Positions 8,517 to 18,327 of a stretch of DNA of 64,000 nucleotides are shown piece after piece; position 1 is the first letter of the stretch; each line of letters starts with the position of its first letter. The position numbers and the translations under genes are program-made. The DNA is taken from positions 32,001-96,000 of IMG/VR virus record IMGVR_UViG_3300032213_002832. One strand, 5' to 3'. The notes below the pieces were generated by a model. The model did not search any database, had not been told where the DNA came from, and saw nothing but the letters and a program-made list of their open reading frames with translations. This DNA is from a virus.

Positions 8517-10229
8517 ATGAGAGTGAAGGAATTAGAGGTTGAGAACATACTAAGTATCGGACAACTCTCTATCTCCTTCCAAGACTCTGGTCTAGTCTTA
8601 CTAGATGGTTGGAATCATGACGACAACTCTCATAACGGTGCTGGTAAGTCCTCTATCTTTAATGCTTTAGCATTTGCTATATACAATAAGCTTCCAAGAA
8701 AAATAACAGCCTCTGAGATTGTTCGTAGAGGATGTAAGACTGGTTTTGCTCGTGTTGTTTTAAATATAGGAAAAGACGAGTTAGATATTAAGCGTAGTAG
8801 ACCGAATGGTCTAGTTGTTCTTAAGAACAATATCCCTTGCCCTGAAATATCTCAAGAACAATTAGAAAAACTAATCAACCTAACATATGACCAATTTCTA
8901 ATATGTATGTATTCTTCTCAAGTTGAATCAGTAAAGCTACTAACACTTAATGACGGATCTAAAAAGGACTTCTTTTTACGTCTACTTAATTTAGAGGATT
9001 TCGCTGAAAGAAAGAAGCATATAGATGCTCTAATAAAAACTAAAAATACTGAATTATCAGAATTACGCTTATCTCTTGGTAAGGTAGAGGCAAAAATATC
9101 AGCATATAGCGAAAATCTAGTTGATATCGATAGCGTTATTAATAAGATTAAAGAACTTGATTCTAGCGAATTAATTTTGGAATTAGAATCTTTATCAAAA
9201 ATTCAAAAACCAGACATATCTAAGTTTGATCTATTGGAGTCCAATCTAAATAAGAAATTAAGAGATATAGCGATTGCTGAGAGTGGTATACGAAACCATA
9301 ATTCTCTATTAAAGAAGTTAAAGCATGATATGGCTCATATGCGACCTGAGGGTGTTGTGTGTCCACATTGTGATCAGTATTTTATAGTTGATAATGATGG
9401 TGCTGTAACTGAAAATCAATTACAGTTAGAGCATGATAAATGTGTTGATGAAATTGCCACGTTATCTCAAGATGTTTTAGAAAAAGATAAGATTGAAAAT
9501 AACTTACTAAAACTAAAGAATAAAAAATCAGAACTGCTATCTGAATACAGCGATGCCTCTATAAGAAAATCAGAACTCAATAATCTAATAGATAGACGTT
9601 CACACCAAATATCCTCATTAAATGAGAAACTAGAAAAGCAAGCAGAAGCCCTAAGCAAGATAGAAGATGCTAAAAAATTAGTGGAAGCCCTCTCTAATAA
9701 GATGTCTCAACTAAATACAGACATATTAGTATATGAAGCAGTGTCGTCAGCACTTTCACCTACTGGTGCTCCAGCATATGTTGTAGATTCAATTATCGAC
9801 AGGTTTAATGAGAAGGTATCTCAATACGTATCATTGGTTTGGCCAAATGCTACATATATGCTACAGTCTTATAAAGAAAATAAAACCGGTGATGTTAAGG
9901 CTAAATTCAGTGATAAACTGATGATACAGGGAGTCGAAAGCTCAATAGGAAGCCTGTCTGGTGGTGAGTTGCGCTGTCTATCTCTCGCTGTAGATTTTGC
10001 TATTATTGACGTGGTTGAATCAGTATTCGGCATATCTATTAACCCAATAGTGCTTGATGAAGGATTTGAAGCTTTAGACTCTTTGAATAGAGAGCGTGTA
10101 ATCGAGGTCTTAGAGACAATCTCTGCTGATAGGCAGATCTATGTAATAGATCACGCTACAGAAGCCAAATCTATGTTCTCATCCATCATTAAGATAGAAA
10201 AGAAGAACGGCATATCCTCAATTGTCTGA
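8517..10229 (+). CDS. sbcC: SbcC/Rad50 (gp46-like) ATPase
   Basis: NGAGKSS, coiled coil with CPHC zinc hook, LSGGE signature, LDE Walker B, IDH. Confidence 0.93.
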   Translation: MRVKELEVENILSIGQLSISFQDSGLVLLDGWNHDDNSHNGAGKSSIFNALAFAIYNKLPRKITASEIVRRGCKTGFARVVLNIGKDELDIKRSRPNGLVVLKNNIPCPEISQEQLEKLINLTYDQFLICMYSSQVESVKLLTLNDGSKKDFFLRLLNLEDFAERKKHIDALIKTKNTELSELRLSLGKVEAKISAYSENLVDIDSVINKIKELDSSELILELESLSKIQKPDISKFDLLESNLNKKLRDIAIAESGIRNHNSLLKKLKHDMAHMRPEGVVCPHCDQYFIVDNDGAVTENQLQLEHDKCVDEIATLSQDVLEKDKIENNLLKLKNKKSELLSEYSDASIRKSELNNLIDRRSHQISSLNEKLEKQAEALSKIEDAKKLVEALSNKMSQLNTDILVYEAVSSALSPTGAPAYVVDSIIDRFNEKVSQYVSLVWPNATYMLQSYKENKTGDVKAKFSDKLMIQGVESSIGSLSGGELRCLSLAVDFAIIDVVESVFGISINPIVLDEGFEALDSLNRERVIEVLETISADRQIYVIDHATEAKSMFSSIIKIEKKNGISSIV

Positions 10230-10241
10230 TACTATAGATAT

Positions 10242-10517
10242 ATGAATGATTTAATATCCAAACTAACAGAACTAAACAAAGCTCTTAAAACAGCTAATGT
10301 TTTACCATCCCCTAAGCTACCTAAGGCACCTACGGCCCCTAAAGTCGGTGATATTCCAGAGGTACCTAAGCAACCGACTTTAACACCTACGTCTCAAAAA
10401 GACCCAATGAAACAAGCCCAACAAGTCCAAGATCCGAGTACAAAGATCCAAGCTGTTAAAATGGCTAAAGAAAAGATTAAATTATCTAAAAATGGACAAT
10501 GGACATTAGAATCATAG
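10242..10517 (+). CDS. Pro/Lys-rich small protein, putative head-internal protein
   Basis: LNK|A motif near N-terminus, Pro-rich middle, C-terminal LSKNGQWTLE. Confidence 0.55.
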   Translation: MNDLISKLTELNKALKTANVLPSPKLPKAPTAPKVGDIPEVPKQPTLTPTSQKDPMKQAQQVQDPSTKIQAVKMAKEKIKLSKNGQWTLES

Positions 10518-10531
10518 GGTAGAATTGCCCT

Positions 10532-11839
10532 ATGAAAAAGAAGACTAAAAATACTTTCGATAGTTTAAAGAAAGCTAGAAACAAATCTGGAGTTTTACTA
10601 CCAGATTCTGAATCAATGTCTTCAATAATTGGTTCTCTAAAAAGAACGTTTTCAAGATCGCCAATGGTTAGAGACTTCTTAAGTAAGTACAGAAGAGAAC
10701 AAGAATGGTTTAAAAAAGACAATACTAAAGCTAAAAAACCTAAGGTTTTTTATAAGTGCTTTAAATGTCAACAAGAATTTAACTCTAATAATGTTCAGGT
10801 AGATCACATTGAGCCTGTTGTACCAGTTAATATACCAGCCAAACACTTATCTATGAATACATTGATTGATCGTCTTTTTTGTGATGAAAGTAATCTACAA
10901 ATATTATGTAAAGAACACCATAACGAGAAAAGCAAATTAGAAAATGAATTGCGAAAAGAATGGGTTTCAAAAGTTAAATTTATAGTTTATCAAACTACAA
11001 ATAAAATTAATTATAAGAAATATATAGGTATTCACAAGTGTCAAGACTATGATGACGGATATATGGGGAGTGGTACGGCTTTTAAAGCTGCTCTTAGTAA
11101 ATATGGTAAGTCTAATTTTTATAGACATATATTATTTGTTTACGATAACGCAGAAGACGCTCTTAATAAAGAAAGAGAACTAGTTAATGATGATATAGTA
11201 AATTCTGATGAGTACTATAATCTAATAAATGGAGGATTATATAATAAAGATCATAGAGATGCCGACTCTAAAATAGAAATTATATGTCATGAAACTAAAG
11301 AGGTGTTTGAATCTATAACTTCTGCCGCTGGGGCAATAAGTATTAGTATTAGTAGTATTTGTAAAGTACTTGATAATCCAAATGAAACTGCTAAGAATCT
11401 ACATTTTTTTAATTTATTGTCATATAACCCTAACACTATAGTTTCCTATCCCAAAAACGGTAAAAGTATTATCCACTTAAATTCAAATACAGAATATGAC
11501 TCCATCGAAAAAGCTGCTACAGCACTATCATTAAATTACAAAAGTTTAAGAAATGCCTTAATAGAAGAAAATGAAGATGAAGTTTTTGAGTTAAAAGATC
11601 ATTTTTTCTTATATAAAGAAGATTATGTGCCTGATAAACAATATTTTAAAACTATAAAAAAAGTTAAGTGTATTCAATTAGATAAGACTTTCGACACACT
11701 CTCAGAAGCAGCCACCTTCTTAAAGCATAAAAACCCTATACATGGTGGTATAGCTATAGGTAAATCCATTATAAAAGAAACGAAAGCATATGGCTATAAC
11801 TGGCAATGGATAGTAGAAAAACTTCCAATTAGGCAATAA
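10532..11839 (+). CDS. HNH nuclease fused to GIY-YIG (Seg-like) endonuclease with NUMOD1-like repeats
   Basis: CFKC..VQVDHIEP..NLQILCKEHHNEKS; FIVYQTTNKINYKKYIGIH..YMGSG..YYNL; three F/Y-x-S/T-I/L-x-x-A-A repeats. Confidence 0.85.
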   Translation: MKKKTKNTFDSLKKARNKSGVLLPDSESMSSIIGSLKRTFSRSPMVRDFLSKYRREQEWFKKDNTKAKKPKVFYKCFKCQQEFNSNNVQVDHIEPVVPVNIPAKHLSMNTLIDRLFCDESNLQILCKEHHNEKSKLENELRKEWVSKVKFIVYQTTNKINYKKYIGIHKCQDYDDGYMGSGTAFKAALSKYGKSNFYRHILFVYDNAEDALNKERELVNDDIVNSDEYYNLINGGLYNKDHRDADSKIEIICHETKEVFESITSAAGAISISISSICKVLDNPNETAKNLHFFNLLSYNPNTIVSYPKNGKSIIHLNSNTEYDSIEKAATALSLNYKSLRNALIEENEDEVFELKDHFFLYKEDYVPDKQYFKTIKKVKCIQLDKTFDTLSEAATFLKHKNPIHGGIAIGKSIIKETKAYGYNWQWIVEKLPIRQ

Positions 11840-11914
11840 AATATCAAAATATATTTAAAAAGCAATATAAAATAATTTCGTATAATCATTTTGATAATTT
11901 TATAAGGAGATATC

Positions 11915-12199
11915 ATGTCTGTAGATTTAGGTAAAGCAAAGAAAATATTAAGCAAAGCGTTTCTTGATACCAACAGTTCAGTTACAGAGGCTCAAGCTAA
12001 TAGCATGGTTGTAAAATCTGAAATGACTATTAAAGAAATCAGAGAAGAAATGAATGCTAACGAAAGCCTTGCTGCTGCTCAGCAAATTGTTGCAGATCTT
12101 AAAAAGAGTTACAAAAGTGCAATTGAGTATGAAGAAGCTAAGATCCAGTTTTTATTAACAAAGATTGAAGAACTACAGCAAAGTATTGTAACTAAATAA
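11915..12199 (+). CDS. hypothetical coiled-coil protein
   Basis: AGGAG RBS, helical 94 aa. Confidence 0.7.
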   Translation: MSVDLGKAKKILSKAFLDTNSSVTEAQANSMVVKSEMTIKEIREEMNANESLAAAQQIVADLKKSYKSAIEYEEAKIQFLLTKIEELQQSIVTK

Positions 12200-12256
12200 G
12201 TGTTTGACTTAAAAGTGGTGATATAATGTACTATCCAAACTCCCGGAGATTACATT

Positions 12257-12589
12257 ATGTCACTTAGAACTACATATACTGGTGCACTTGATACCAAACT
12301 TGCAGAAGCAAGGGCCGCTGGCAATACATTTATAGTTACAACCAACACCGTAGCAATAGACACAGGATTGGCTACAGCTGCTGGTAGAGGACAGAAGAAA
12401 TTCACTCTAACCTACCCAGTTTCCTACCAACCATCAGATCTAAGATTACTAGGCCCTCTATGGGAAGCTTTTAAAACCGGTGTAATACAAGGTTTAGCCT
12501 CACAAGACATTATGGGTAATGAGGTCACTGTTAAACTCAATACTGCTGATACTGTAACTACCTCTGTTGATCTAGTTTTCGCATTCTAA
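12257..12589 (+). CDS. hypothetical protein (possibly virion-associated)
   Basis: own TG-n-TATAAT promoter, GGAG RBS and terminator; T/A/G-rich. Confidence 0.65.
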   Translation: MSLRTTYTGALDTKLAEARAAGNTFIVTTNTVAIDTGLATAAGRGQKKFTLTYPVSYQPSDLRLLGPLWEAFKTGVIQGLASQDIMGNEVTVKLNTADTVTTSVDLVFAF

Positions 12590-12613
12590 AATATAAATAT
12601 AAACAATAATTTT

Positions 12614-12640
12614 AGGCGCCATTTGGCGCCTTTATTATTT
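12614..12640 (+). terminator. rho-independent terminator
   Basis: AGGCGCC-ATTT-GGCGCCT followed by T-rich tract. Confidence 0.8.
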
Positions 12641-12679
12641 GTAAAAATGTACAATCTAAACACATAAACGGAGATTTTA

Positions 12680-15600
12680 ATGTCGAACTTCTTGTGGATT
12701 GACTCAGAAACAACTGGACTTTACCCAGAAAAAAATGATATAGTACAATTAGCATGTATACCAGTTATTCTTGGTAAAGAACAAAAGGCATTTAATCAAT
12801 TTTGTAAACCAGTAAATTGGGATAAGATTGATGCTATTGCAGTTAGTGTACATGGTATCACTGTTGATAGAATGCATACCTTTCAAGAACCTGAGGCTAT
12901 GCTTGATAGTTTTATTGCGTATTTGAGATCATTTAATACAAAATTCGTAATTGCCGGATACAATGTCAATTTCGACAAGCGCTTTCTAAGCTCATTCTTT
13001 ACCCGTAATGGTAAAGCATCTGAATTCTTTGAATTGTTTGAAATTCAAGTTCATGATACATATACTAGAGCTCAAAAAGTAAGAAGTCTACTTAAGACTG
13101 AAAATCTAAAATTAGCTACACTTTCAAAGCATTTCAATATTGAAATCAATGCTCACGAAGCGATGTCAGATATTGAGGCTACTATTAAGGTAGATAAAGA
13201 GATTGGTAGTTTATTAGGTGAAGAGAAAATAGTTGAAGAAATAGTAGAAGTTTATAAAGAAATTCAGCTAAACACCAAGTTTAAAGAACCAGCACAATTA
13301 CATTTACATTCTATGTATGGCATGGCTGAATCTGTACCTTCAGTCGAAGAGTGGATCCAATGGTGTAAAGATACAAAAACACCAGGATTTAGCATAGTAG
13401 ACCATGGTCCTGCTATCGCTACATATCATATGATAAACGAGAAAGACCCAGACGTAGTTGGTATTCCTGGTGTTGGAATATACATGTACGAAGATAAGAA
13501 CCCAGACTTATTGTTTCCAATGAACGTTTGGGCTACTAATACTGATGGCTATTTTAATCTAATGAAACTAGCCTCATTAGGATATGAAGAACAGGTTGTT
13601 ATAGATAAAGTTACTTATCCAAAATTGAAAGTAGAAACTGTTAATCAATATAAGGCAGGTTTAGCTTTTGGTGTTGCCGATGTATATGGTCCAATAGGTC
13701 AAGCTATATTAGACGGTAATAATGCCGAGGCGGTCAGTAGATTTGACGTATATTTGAATAATTTCAAAGACCAGATGTATATAGAATTTAATCCAGTATC
13801 AATTAAAGAGACTTTCTCTACAAAGAACGGTTTTCAGAAGATAAAGAAAAATAAGCTTATTATAAATGGCGATTTGAATATGGCATATAACTTATTCTTA
13901 TCTCAAATGGTTGACAAGTACCAATTACGTTGCGTACCGGTTAGTGGAGCTCACTTTATAGCCCCAGGCGATAAGCTTATACAAGAATGTATATCCCGTA
14001 ACTCATTTGAGAGTGGCAAAAGCTATACAGAGTCATATCACGCAAAAACTGCAGAGCAATTATATAAAGAACTTAAGCACCAATTAAAAGATTGGTTGAC
14101 AGAGGATATGTTTAAGGATTGGATTGATAATACTCATAGCATTATGGAAACAGCTAAAACAATTGAAGTTAAATTCGATTATCATATGCCAAAGATCGAA
14201 ATTCCAGCTAATATAGCAGCACAGACCAGTGATTATAATGAACAAACCAGATTGTTAGCTATAGCCTTAGCTAAAGCTCATAATAGATGGAGTGACGATC
14301 CAATATACGTTGAGAGATTCAATAAAGAATTAGATGTAATCATGAATAATGAAGCAACTAATTTCTTACCATATTTTTTACTATATGAAGATATATGTAC
14401 CTATGCTAGATCTATCGGCATTTTACAGAATATAGGTCGTGGATCAGCAGGCGGATGCTTATTATCCTACTATCTCAAAATTATCCACATAGATCCTATT
14501 AAGGCAAAACTACCATTCGAAAGATTCTTGTCTCATGCTCGTATTAGAGCAAAATCGTTTCCAGATATTGACTGTGACTTTGGTGATAGAACAAAAATAC
14601 TTGCATACTTAGAAGAGAAGTACAAGACAGGTTTTGCTCAAATTGGTACGCTTCTAAAAATGAAAACCAAGTATGCTATTAAAGATGCTATGTGGGCTCT
14701 TTATGGTAGAAATCGTGAAGATTTTGAAATCAAACAACTATGTGAATTAATACCAGATTCTCCCCAAGGTGTAGATGAGTATGACTTTATTTACGGCTTT
14801 ACCGATAAAGAAGGAACCGTACACCCTGGTGTAGTCGAGCTTTTTCCAGATATAGCTGCATTTTTCCAACAATATCCTCAGGTTGAACAGATGGTTAAGC
14901 GTCTAATTGGTATCCCTAGAGGTTGGGGTAGACATGCCTCTGCATTCGTTGTCTCAACTATTGACCTATCTGCTACTAGATTACCAACAATGCACACCTT
15001 GGATGCCAATACTGGTCAAATGATAAGAGTAACACAGTACGAAGCACATATGGTAGAAAAGTGTGGTCTAGTAAAAGCAGACATACTTGGTGTTGTTACC
15101 ATTAACATGGTTTCTGATTGTATAGAACTTGTAAAACAAAGATATGGCATAGATTACCTAAAAGAAGATAAGGGTGTATCTTTCATATACAGGTTGCCAG
15201 AAGATAAGAACGTATATGTAGATTTTAGAAATAAGAAAACGGATTCATCATTCCAGTTCAACTCATCTATTATTAAATCTGTAATCTATGATTTTGATCC
15301 AAAAACAAAAGAACAGCTTTCAATTATGACAGCCCTTATGAGACCAGGTTCAATGGATGTGCAGATGGATGTAGACGCTGTTAGTGGAAAAATAGATGAC
15401 CCTGAAGCAAAAACTATGTCAGCTGCTAATTTCTATATCTCAGTTAGAAAAGGCTCCTCAGATCCTTACTATATTCATAAAGATCTTGAACCTATCTTAA
15501 ATGAAACTTATGGGGTTATCGTATACCAAGAACAAGTTATGTCAATTCTAGTCGCAATCTGTGGATATACCTTAGAAGAAACAGATACTATTAGAAGTGC

Positions 15601-16735
15601 TATTGCTAAAAAGAAGCACGACGTTATGATGGCTTGTTTTACTAGGGTTAGAGAGAACTGTGCTAAACGAAACTGGTCACCAAAGCAAGCGGATGCATTA
15701 TGTGATCAGATTATGGCATTCTCAAGATACTCTTTCAACAGGTCTCACTCCAGATGTTATGCCGAACTAGGCTATATAACTATGTTCCTAAAGCACCATC
15801 ACCCACTAGAGTGGTGGACTTCTGTACTAAACAATACAGACAAAGAAGAAAAACTACGCCCCTATGTTGCGCTGTTGGGCCCAATAATTAGACCACCCTC
15901 TTTATCGATACCTACAGAAAAATTTGCAATTATCGGTAACACTATTGTAGCCCCATTGTCTGTAGTTAAAAAAGTAGGCCCATCGTCTGTGCGTGAGCTA
16001 GTTACAAAAGGTCCATTTAATAGTTTAAGTGACTATATAACAAAAGTAGCACATAATAAAGTAAATATCGGACATTTCATTGCCCTTATTAATGCAAGAG
16101 CTGCAGATTCATTAATGGACAGCACTTTACCCTATATAGATGCTAGAAAACAACTAATAATGGATTATGTTGCATTACGCAAACTAAAGCGAGATATTAC
16201 AGAATTTGATAGTATCACTGCAATAGATGTCTTTTTATTAGAGCGTGAATACAATAAATGTTTTAATAAAACACTAGTAGAAGATGAGTCATTACAGGGG
16301 ATGATTCAAGAAGCAATGCCAATGATAGTGAAAACTCATAGAACTGGCATACCTCTATATTATGGTAGGGATATACCTATTATTTCTGGCTATAAGATGG
16401 CAGATGGTTTGGCTAAAAAACAATATGATAAAGAAGTTGCTATGATTCTTTTATTTCAAGATTCTTTACATAAAAGCGGCAAATCAAAGAAAAACAATAA
16501 AGAGTATAATTTCGTTAAGGTAAATCTATCCGATGGAAACAATATTATTGAATGTACTTGGTGGGATAAGAAGAGAGCACTAAATTGGCCCAAAAATAGT
16601 ATCGTGTTTGTTAAGGGTACATTACAAGAGGGCTGGAAAGGCTCTGTCCAATTAACAGTAAAAGAAATGGAGAAAATCATCGATGTCAAGATTCTTAGTA
16701 GTGAAGACAGCACCAGAAAATCTGCAAGAGCATGA
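12680..16735 (+). CDS. dnaE: family C DNA polymerase (DnaE) with N-terminal DEDDh 3'-5' exonuclease
   Basis: N-terminal IDSETTG..GYNVNFD..AHEAMSD; PHP-like HLHS..DH; GRGSAGG, FERFL, FPDIDCDF, GRHASA, KADILG, YQEQVM, YSFNRSHS; C-terminal OB fold. Confidence 0.95.
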   Translation: MSNFLWIDSETTGLYPEKNDIVQLACIPVILGKEQKAFNQFCKPVNWDKIDAIAVSVHGITVDRMHTFQEPEAMLDSFIAYLRSFNTKFVIAGYNVNFDKRFLSSFFTRNGKASEFFELFEIQVHDTYTRAQKVRSLLKTENLKLATLSKHFNIEINAHEAMSDIEATIKVDKEIGSLLGEEKIVEEIVEVYKEIQLNTKFKEPAQLHLHSMYGMAESVPSVEEWIQWCKDTKTPGFSIVDHGPAIATYHMINEKDPDVVGIPGVGIYMYEDKNPDLLFPMNVWATNTDGYFNLMKLASLGYEEQVVIDKVTYPKLKVETVNQYKAGLAFGVADVYGPIGQAILDGNNAEAVSRFDVYLNNFKDQMYIEFNPVSIKETFSTKNGFQKIKKNKLIINGDLNMAYNLFLSQMVDKYQLRCVPVSGAHFIAPGDKLIQECISRNSFESGKSYTESYHAKTAEQLYKELKHQLKDWLTEDMFKDWIDNTHSIMETAKTIEVKFDYHMPKIEIPANIAAQTSDYNEQTRLLAIALAKAHNRWSDDPIYVERFNKELDVIMNNEATNFLPYFLLYEDICTYARSIGILQNIGRGSAGGCLLSYYLKIIHIDPIKAKLPFERFLSHARIRAKSFPDIDCDFGDRTKILAYLEEKYKTGFAQIGTLLKMKTKYAIKDAMWALYGRNREDFEIKQLCELIPDSPQGVDEYDFIYGFTDKEGTVHPGVVELFPDIAAFFQQYPQVEQMVKRLIGIPRGWGRHASAFVVSTIDLSATRLPTMHTLDANTGQMIRVTQYEAHMVEKCGLVKADILGVVTINMVSDCIELVKQRYGIDYLKEDKGVSFIYRLPEDKNVYVDFRNKKTDSSFQFNSSIIKSVIYDFDPKTKEQLSIMTALMRPGSMDVQMDVDAVSGKIDDPEAKTMSAANFYISVRKGSSDPYYIHKDLEPILNETYGVIVYQEQVMSILVAICGYTLEETDTIRSAIAKKKHDVMMACFTRVRENCAKRNWSPKQADALCDQIMAFSRYSFNRSHSRCYAELGYITMFLKHHHPLEWWTSVLNNTDKEEKLRPYVALLGPIIRPPSLSIPTEKFAIIGNTIVAPLSVVKKVGPSSVRELVTKGPFNSLSDYITKVAHNKVNIGHFIALINARAADSLMDSTLPYIDARKQLIMDYVALRKLKRDITEFDSITAIDVFLLEREYNKCFNKTLVEDESLQGMIQEAMPMIVKTHRTGIPLYYGRDIPIISGYKMADGLAKKQYDKEVAMILLFQDSLHKSGKSKKNNKEYNFVKVNLSDGNNIIECTWWDKKRALNWPKNSIVFVKGTLQEGWKGSVQLTVKEMEKIIDVKILSSEDSTRKSARA

Positions 16736-17210
16736 ATTTGTAATAGGTAAACCTGATTTTTATGAACAAATTAGTAAAAGCAAAACAAAGAAACCAAAAT
16801 CTTCTCAAATGACAGTTAACTACTTGCGTGAAGTAATTGCATCGGTAGGGCAAAAGTATATGGGTGAAGATTTTGATGCTTTACTTAGTATCAATGTTAG
16901 TAAATTTATTGGAGTACCATGTAGTACAGATAAGGAAGTCCACGATGTTCTTATTAAAGCATTTGACGAGCAGTGCCCAAAGATCCTATCATCTTATGTA
17001 CAACATTGCTTTAAACAGCGTCCTTCTAGAACAAATGTCATTTACTATACTTGGAACCCTAAGTATGCTACTAAATTAGCAGAGTATGGGTGGGAGCAAG
17101 TAAGCCAAAAAGATCTAGAAGATGAACGATCTGGTAAGCAGAAGAAGGTGGTTGGCAAACCTGCAATTACTGCTGAGCAAGCCGCTTCTTTAGATGTAAA
17201 TAATAAATAA
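16683..17210 (+). CDS. hypothetical protein
   Basis: 175-aa ORF with GGAG RBS, overlapping the polymerase end. Confidence 0.7.
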   Translation: MSRFLVVKTAPENLQEHEFVIGKPDFYEQISKSKTKKPKSSQMTVNYLREVIASVGQKYMGEDFDALLSINVSKFIGVPCSTDKEVHDVLIKAFDEQCPKILSSYVQHCFKQRPSRTNVIYYTWNPKYATKLAEYGWEQVSQKDLEDERSGKQKKVVGKPAITAEQAASLDVNNK

Positions 17211-17246
17211 CCTTTTTAATATAAAAATTGGTATAAAAATATCGTA

Positions 17247-17276
17247 AATCAACAAATGTCAATTATGACAAAGGAG
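17247..17276 (+). promoter_or_regulatory. 30-bp conserved leader with TGTCA-N4-TGACA palindrome abutting the RBS (copy 1)
   Basis: AATCAACAAATGTCAATTATGACAAAGGAG; 29/30 identical to the - strand copy at 54051-54080. Confidence 0.8.
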
Positions 17277-17282
17277 TAAACA

Positions 17283-18326
17283 ATGGCTAAAATAACGATT
17301 AACATGGATTCTTTAAAATCTGGCCGTGACTATGTACGTCACAAGATTAAAGATGGCTCTAATATCTATAGGATATTGCCACCTCACGGTGATGCCTCTG
17401 TACATAATAACTACCCATACCGCAGATGGAGCACAGTGTGGTTACACGATCCAAAAGCTAATAAAAGACTTCCATTCGCCACTCCACTAATGGATGGCAA
17501 AGATTGTCCTATTAAAGAATATGGTGATGCTCTAACTGCGCGTATTGAACAAATCAAGAACAAACTTGCGTCAGAGGGTCATTCTGAGTCAGAGATTAAG
17601 ACTGAACTTGAAGGATTACGTCAAATACAGTGGAGTCTTAAAGTAAACTATACTTATGCGTATAATGCTTGTGACCAAGCTGGTACAGTCGGTATTCTAG
17701 AATTAAAACCAACAGCACACAAATCAATGAAAAAGATGATGAATTTATTCATTACAGAGAATAGCCAAGATCCAACAACACTCGGTGCCTCTTCTGATGA
17801 GTATGGTGTTTGGTTCAATATTCTAAAAGAAGGTCAGAAAAAAGATACAGAATATAGCGTAGCATTCCATCAGACTAAAGAGAAGCGAGATGGAAAATTG
17901 ATTAAAATTGATGATACCTCACCATTGCCAGACAATGTTATTGAGAACTACGATAGTCTAGCATATGATCTAAATGCCATCTATACACGTAGATCATATA
18001 ATGAACTAAAAGCGATTCTAATCGCCAACCTTGCTATGATAGCAAATGATGTTCCTGAAGCAATATTGCCGGGATACGAGAGCAGTGAAAAACCTACACT
18101 AGTTGCACCTGTTAGATCATTACCAACACAGAAAACCTCTGCCCCTGCTGCTAAGGTTGCGCTAAATCTACGTGATGAAGATGATGACGAAGATGACGGG
18201 ATTCCATTTAGCGGATCAACAAAAAGAGCACCAGTTCCAGTATCTGTCCCAACAAGAAGAGCGGCAGCTAAGTTTGAAGATGATGATGAACTAAATAGAC
18301 TTACAAATGAAATCTTAGGAGACTAA
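17283..18326 (+). CDS. gp32-like single-stranded DNA-binding protein
   Basis: YRILPP, CPI motif, acidic C-terminal tail (DEDDDEDDGIPF; DDDELNRLTNEILGD); upstream of recombinase. Confidence 0.8.
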   Translation: MAKITINMDSLKSGRDYVRHKIKDGSNIYRILPPHGDASVHNNYPYRRWSTVWLHDPKANKRLPFATPLMDGKDCPIKEYGDALTARIEQIKNKLASEGHSESEIKTELEGLRQIQWSLKVNYTYAYNACDQAGTVGILELKPTAHKSMKKMMNLFITENSQDPTTLGASSDEYGVWFNILKEGQKKDTEYSVAFHQTKEKRDGKLIKIDDTSPLPDNVIENYDSLAYDLNAIYTRRSYNELKAILIANLAMIANDVPEAILPGYESSEKPTLVAPVRSLPTQKTSAPAAKVALNLRDEDDDEDDGIPFSGSTKRAPVPVSVPTRRAAAKFEDDDELNRLTNEILGD

Positions 18327-18327
18327 G

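Noticed and set aside
12204-12227. Canonical -35/-10 promoter TTGACT...TATAAT
   Set aside because: The spacer is only 12 bp; better read as an extended -10 promoter.
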